From: Fibrobacterota bacterium
GTDB taxonomy: Bacteria > Fibrobacterota > Fibrobacteria > UBA11236
NCBI GenBank assembly: GCA_043753995.1
Contig: JAYUVP010000008.1
Coordinates: forward strand, 1-26,319
Reading direction: 5' to 3'
Length of the DNA stretch: 26,319 nt
Below the pieces are notes generated by a model. The model had not been told where the DNA came from. It saw only the letters and a list, made by a program, of their open reading frames with translations, and made no database searches. The stretch's first letter is position 1. The number at the start of each line of letters is the position of its first letter. Below, one piece after another: positions 24,653 to 26,319 of the stretch. The position numbers and the translations under genes are program-made.

Positions 24653-26319
24653 ATGTCCGAGGAAAAGCCCGACTTTCAATCCATCATCAACGAAAAGCGT
24701 TCCAAGGCGGAAAAAACCAGCTGGACCGGCTCCGTCGTGGAATATCTCGAAAAAGTGCGTGAGAATCCCGCCTTGGCCATGCCAGCGCCGGGGCGACTCT
24801 ACAACATGATCATCAATCAGGGCAGTTCTCCTGCGCAGGAGAAGCATGCCTTACCAGGCTATGAAGATTTGGTCCGCTATAATTTTTTCGAAGACCAGAT
24901 TTTCGGAGCCGAGGAAAGCCTGCATGACATGGTCAAGTTTTTCCATGCGGGCGCTCGCCGTACCGAAACCGGCAAGCGCATCCTCATACTTGTGGGGCCG
25001 GTGTCCTCAGGCAAGAGTTCCATTTCTTCGCTGCTAAAGCGAAGGTTGGAAGAGTTCAGTGCTACCTCACCTCTCTTCGCCATTGACGGTTGCCCCATGC
25101 AGGAAGACCCTCTGCATTTGATCCCGCGCCACGATCGCGATCACTGGGAAAAAATCCTGGGCGTGAAAGTGGAAGGTGACCTTTGTCCGATATGCCGACA
25201 TCGCCTATTGAATAATCCGGATTACCGCGACGAGAAGGCCAATATTCTTTGGGAAAAATTCCCGGTGAAACAGCTTACCCTAAGCGAGCGTGGGCGCCGT
25301 GGCATCGGCACCTTTCAGCCTAGCGACCCTAAGAATCAAGACATTGCCGAACTCATCGGCCATGTCGATTTCAGCAAACTCACCCAGTTCGGAGAAACCG
25401 ATCCGCGAGCCTATAATCTCGACGGTGAGCTTGAAATCAGTAATCGCGGGCTTATCGAATACATCGAGATTTTGAAATGCGATATCAAGTTCCATTACGT
25501 GCTTATCACGGTGGCTCAAGAGCAGCTTATCAAGGCACCTGGTTTCCCCCAGATTTACACCGACTTGGTCATTCTCTCGCATACCAATCAAACCGAATTC
25601 GATAAGTTCAAGTCGAATAAGGAAAATGAAGCGCTACACGATCGCATGTATCCGATTTACGTGCCTTATAATCTTAAGGTCGACGAAGAAGTGCGCATAT
25701 ACAAGAAAATGATTGCCGCCTCGCAATTCGCCCAAATGGAATTGGCGCCTTATACCTTGGAAGTGGCCGCCATGTTCGCGGTGCTGACCCGCCTTTCGGA
25801 TTCGGCACTCTGCCCCGACATCATCAAGAAAATGAAGTACTACAATGGCGAGGCGGTGATGGAGGCCGAGAAGGATCCGGTCGACGTCAAGGCGCTACGC
25901 CTAGAAGGCAAGAAAAAGGGCGAAGGCATGAGCGGCATTTCGCCCCGCTTCGTGGTGAATGCCATCAATGTGGCCTTGTCGGAACGTGAAAAAGAAGGCG
26001 GCCTTATGCCGCTGGATGTCATTCGCGCCTTGCGCCACAATTTTGGCCATCATATTGGCTTTTCGGAAGAAGAAGCCGACCGCTATTTGCGCATGCTCCT
26101 GGCCGACAAGAGCAGCGTCACAGCCGAGTATCGAGAAATCGCCAAGAAGGAAGTCAATCGTGCCTTCCTATTCGCCTATGAAGATCAGGCCCAATCCCTT
26201 TTCGACAATTACATCAAGAACACAACGTGCTTTTGCCTCAAGAAGAAAATCGTCGACCCCATAACCGGCGAAGAGCGTGATGCTGACGAAAAGCTGATGC
26301 GCTCTATCGAAGAAATGAT
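24653..26319 (+). CDS. prkA: PrkA/YeaG family serine protein kinase (AAA+), 3'-truncated by window edge
   Basis: Manual translation from ATG 24653 (SD GGGAG): MSEEKPDFQSII...LVGPVSSGKSS (Walker A), GCPMQEDPL, GDLCPICR, GIGTFQPSDPKNQD, DPRAYNLDGEL..SNRG and EALHDR. No stop before the window end. Confidence 0.93.
   Translation, partial: MSEEKPDFQSIINEKRSKAEKTSWTGSVVEYLEKVRENPALAMPAPGRLYNMIINQGSSPAQEKHALPGYEDLVRYNFFEDQIFGAEESLHDMVKFFHAGARRTETGKRILILVGPVSSGKSSISSLLKRRLEEFSATSPLFAIDGCPMQEDPLHLIPRHDRDHWEKILGVKVEGDLCPICRHRLLNNPDYRDEKANILWEKFPVKQLTLSERGRRGIGTFQPSDPKNQDIAELIGHVDFSKLTQFGETDPRAYNLDGELEISNRGLIEYIEILKCDIKFHYVLITVAQEQLIKAPGFPQIYTDLVILSHTNQTEFDKFKSNKENEALHDRMYPIYVPYNLKVDEEVRIYKKMIAASQFAQMELAPYTLEVAAMFAVLTRLSDSALCPDIIKKMKYYNGEAVMEAEKDPVDVKALRLEGKKKGEGMSGISPRFVVNAINVALSEREKEGGLMPLDVIRALRHNFGHHIGFSEEEADRYLRMLLADKSSVTAEYREIAKKEVNRAFLFAYEDQAQSLFDNYIKNTTCFCLKKKIVDPITGEERDADEKLMRSIEEM

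Noticed and set aside
1..26319. CRISPR arrays, tRNA/rRNA genes, IS elements or integrases
   Set aside because: No spaced repeats, RNA-gene signatures or transposase/integrase motifs were seen. Nearly all sequence is accounted for by CDSs and the gaps are under 250 bp.

Overview
Most of the window (1-22411) is one large surface-glycan locus. It has three parts. (i) A translationally coupled + strand legionaminic-acid-type nonulosonic acid operon: legB (5'-truncated), legC, a NeuD/LegH-like acetyltransferase, neuB/legI, neuC/legG, a formyltransferase, a PIG-L deacetylase, a CBS-nucleotidyltransferase (PtmE-like) and a CMP-nonulosonate synthetase. An unusual cassette sits inside it: a SAM methyltransferase, a fumarylacetoacetate-hydrolase (FAH) family protein with a remodelled active site, and a second cryptic FAH-fold paralog. 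(ii) A minus-strand trio: a KpsS/capsule-synthesis-like domain fused to a hexapeptide acyltransferase, a PhyH-type Fe/2OG dioxygenase and a SAM methyltransferase. (iii) A divergent + strand operon: TPR-methyltransferase, NAD epimerase, GT4-TPR and a 1367-aa triple glycosyltransferase, ending at a bidirectional terminator. To the right lie an outer-membrane beta-barrel gene, dapL and a 3'-truncated prkA that the ORF track omits. I saw no RNA genes, mobile elements or CRISPR arrays. The best candidate for an undescribed system is the MTase/FAH/FAH-like tailoring module together with the putative nonulosonate transferase-acyltransferase fusion. All calls come from motif recognition by eye; no database search was run.
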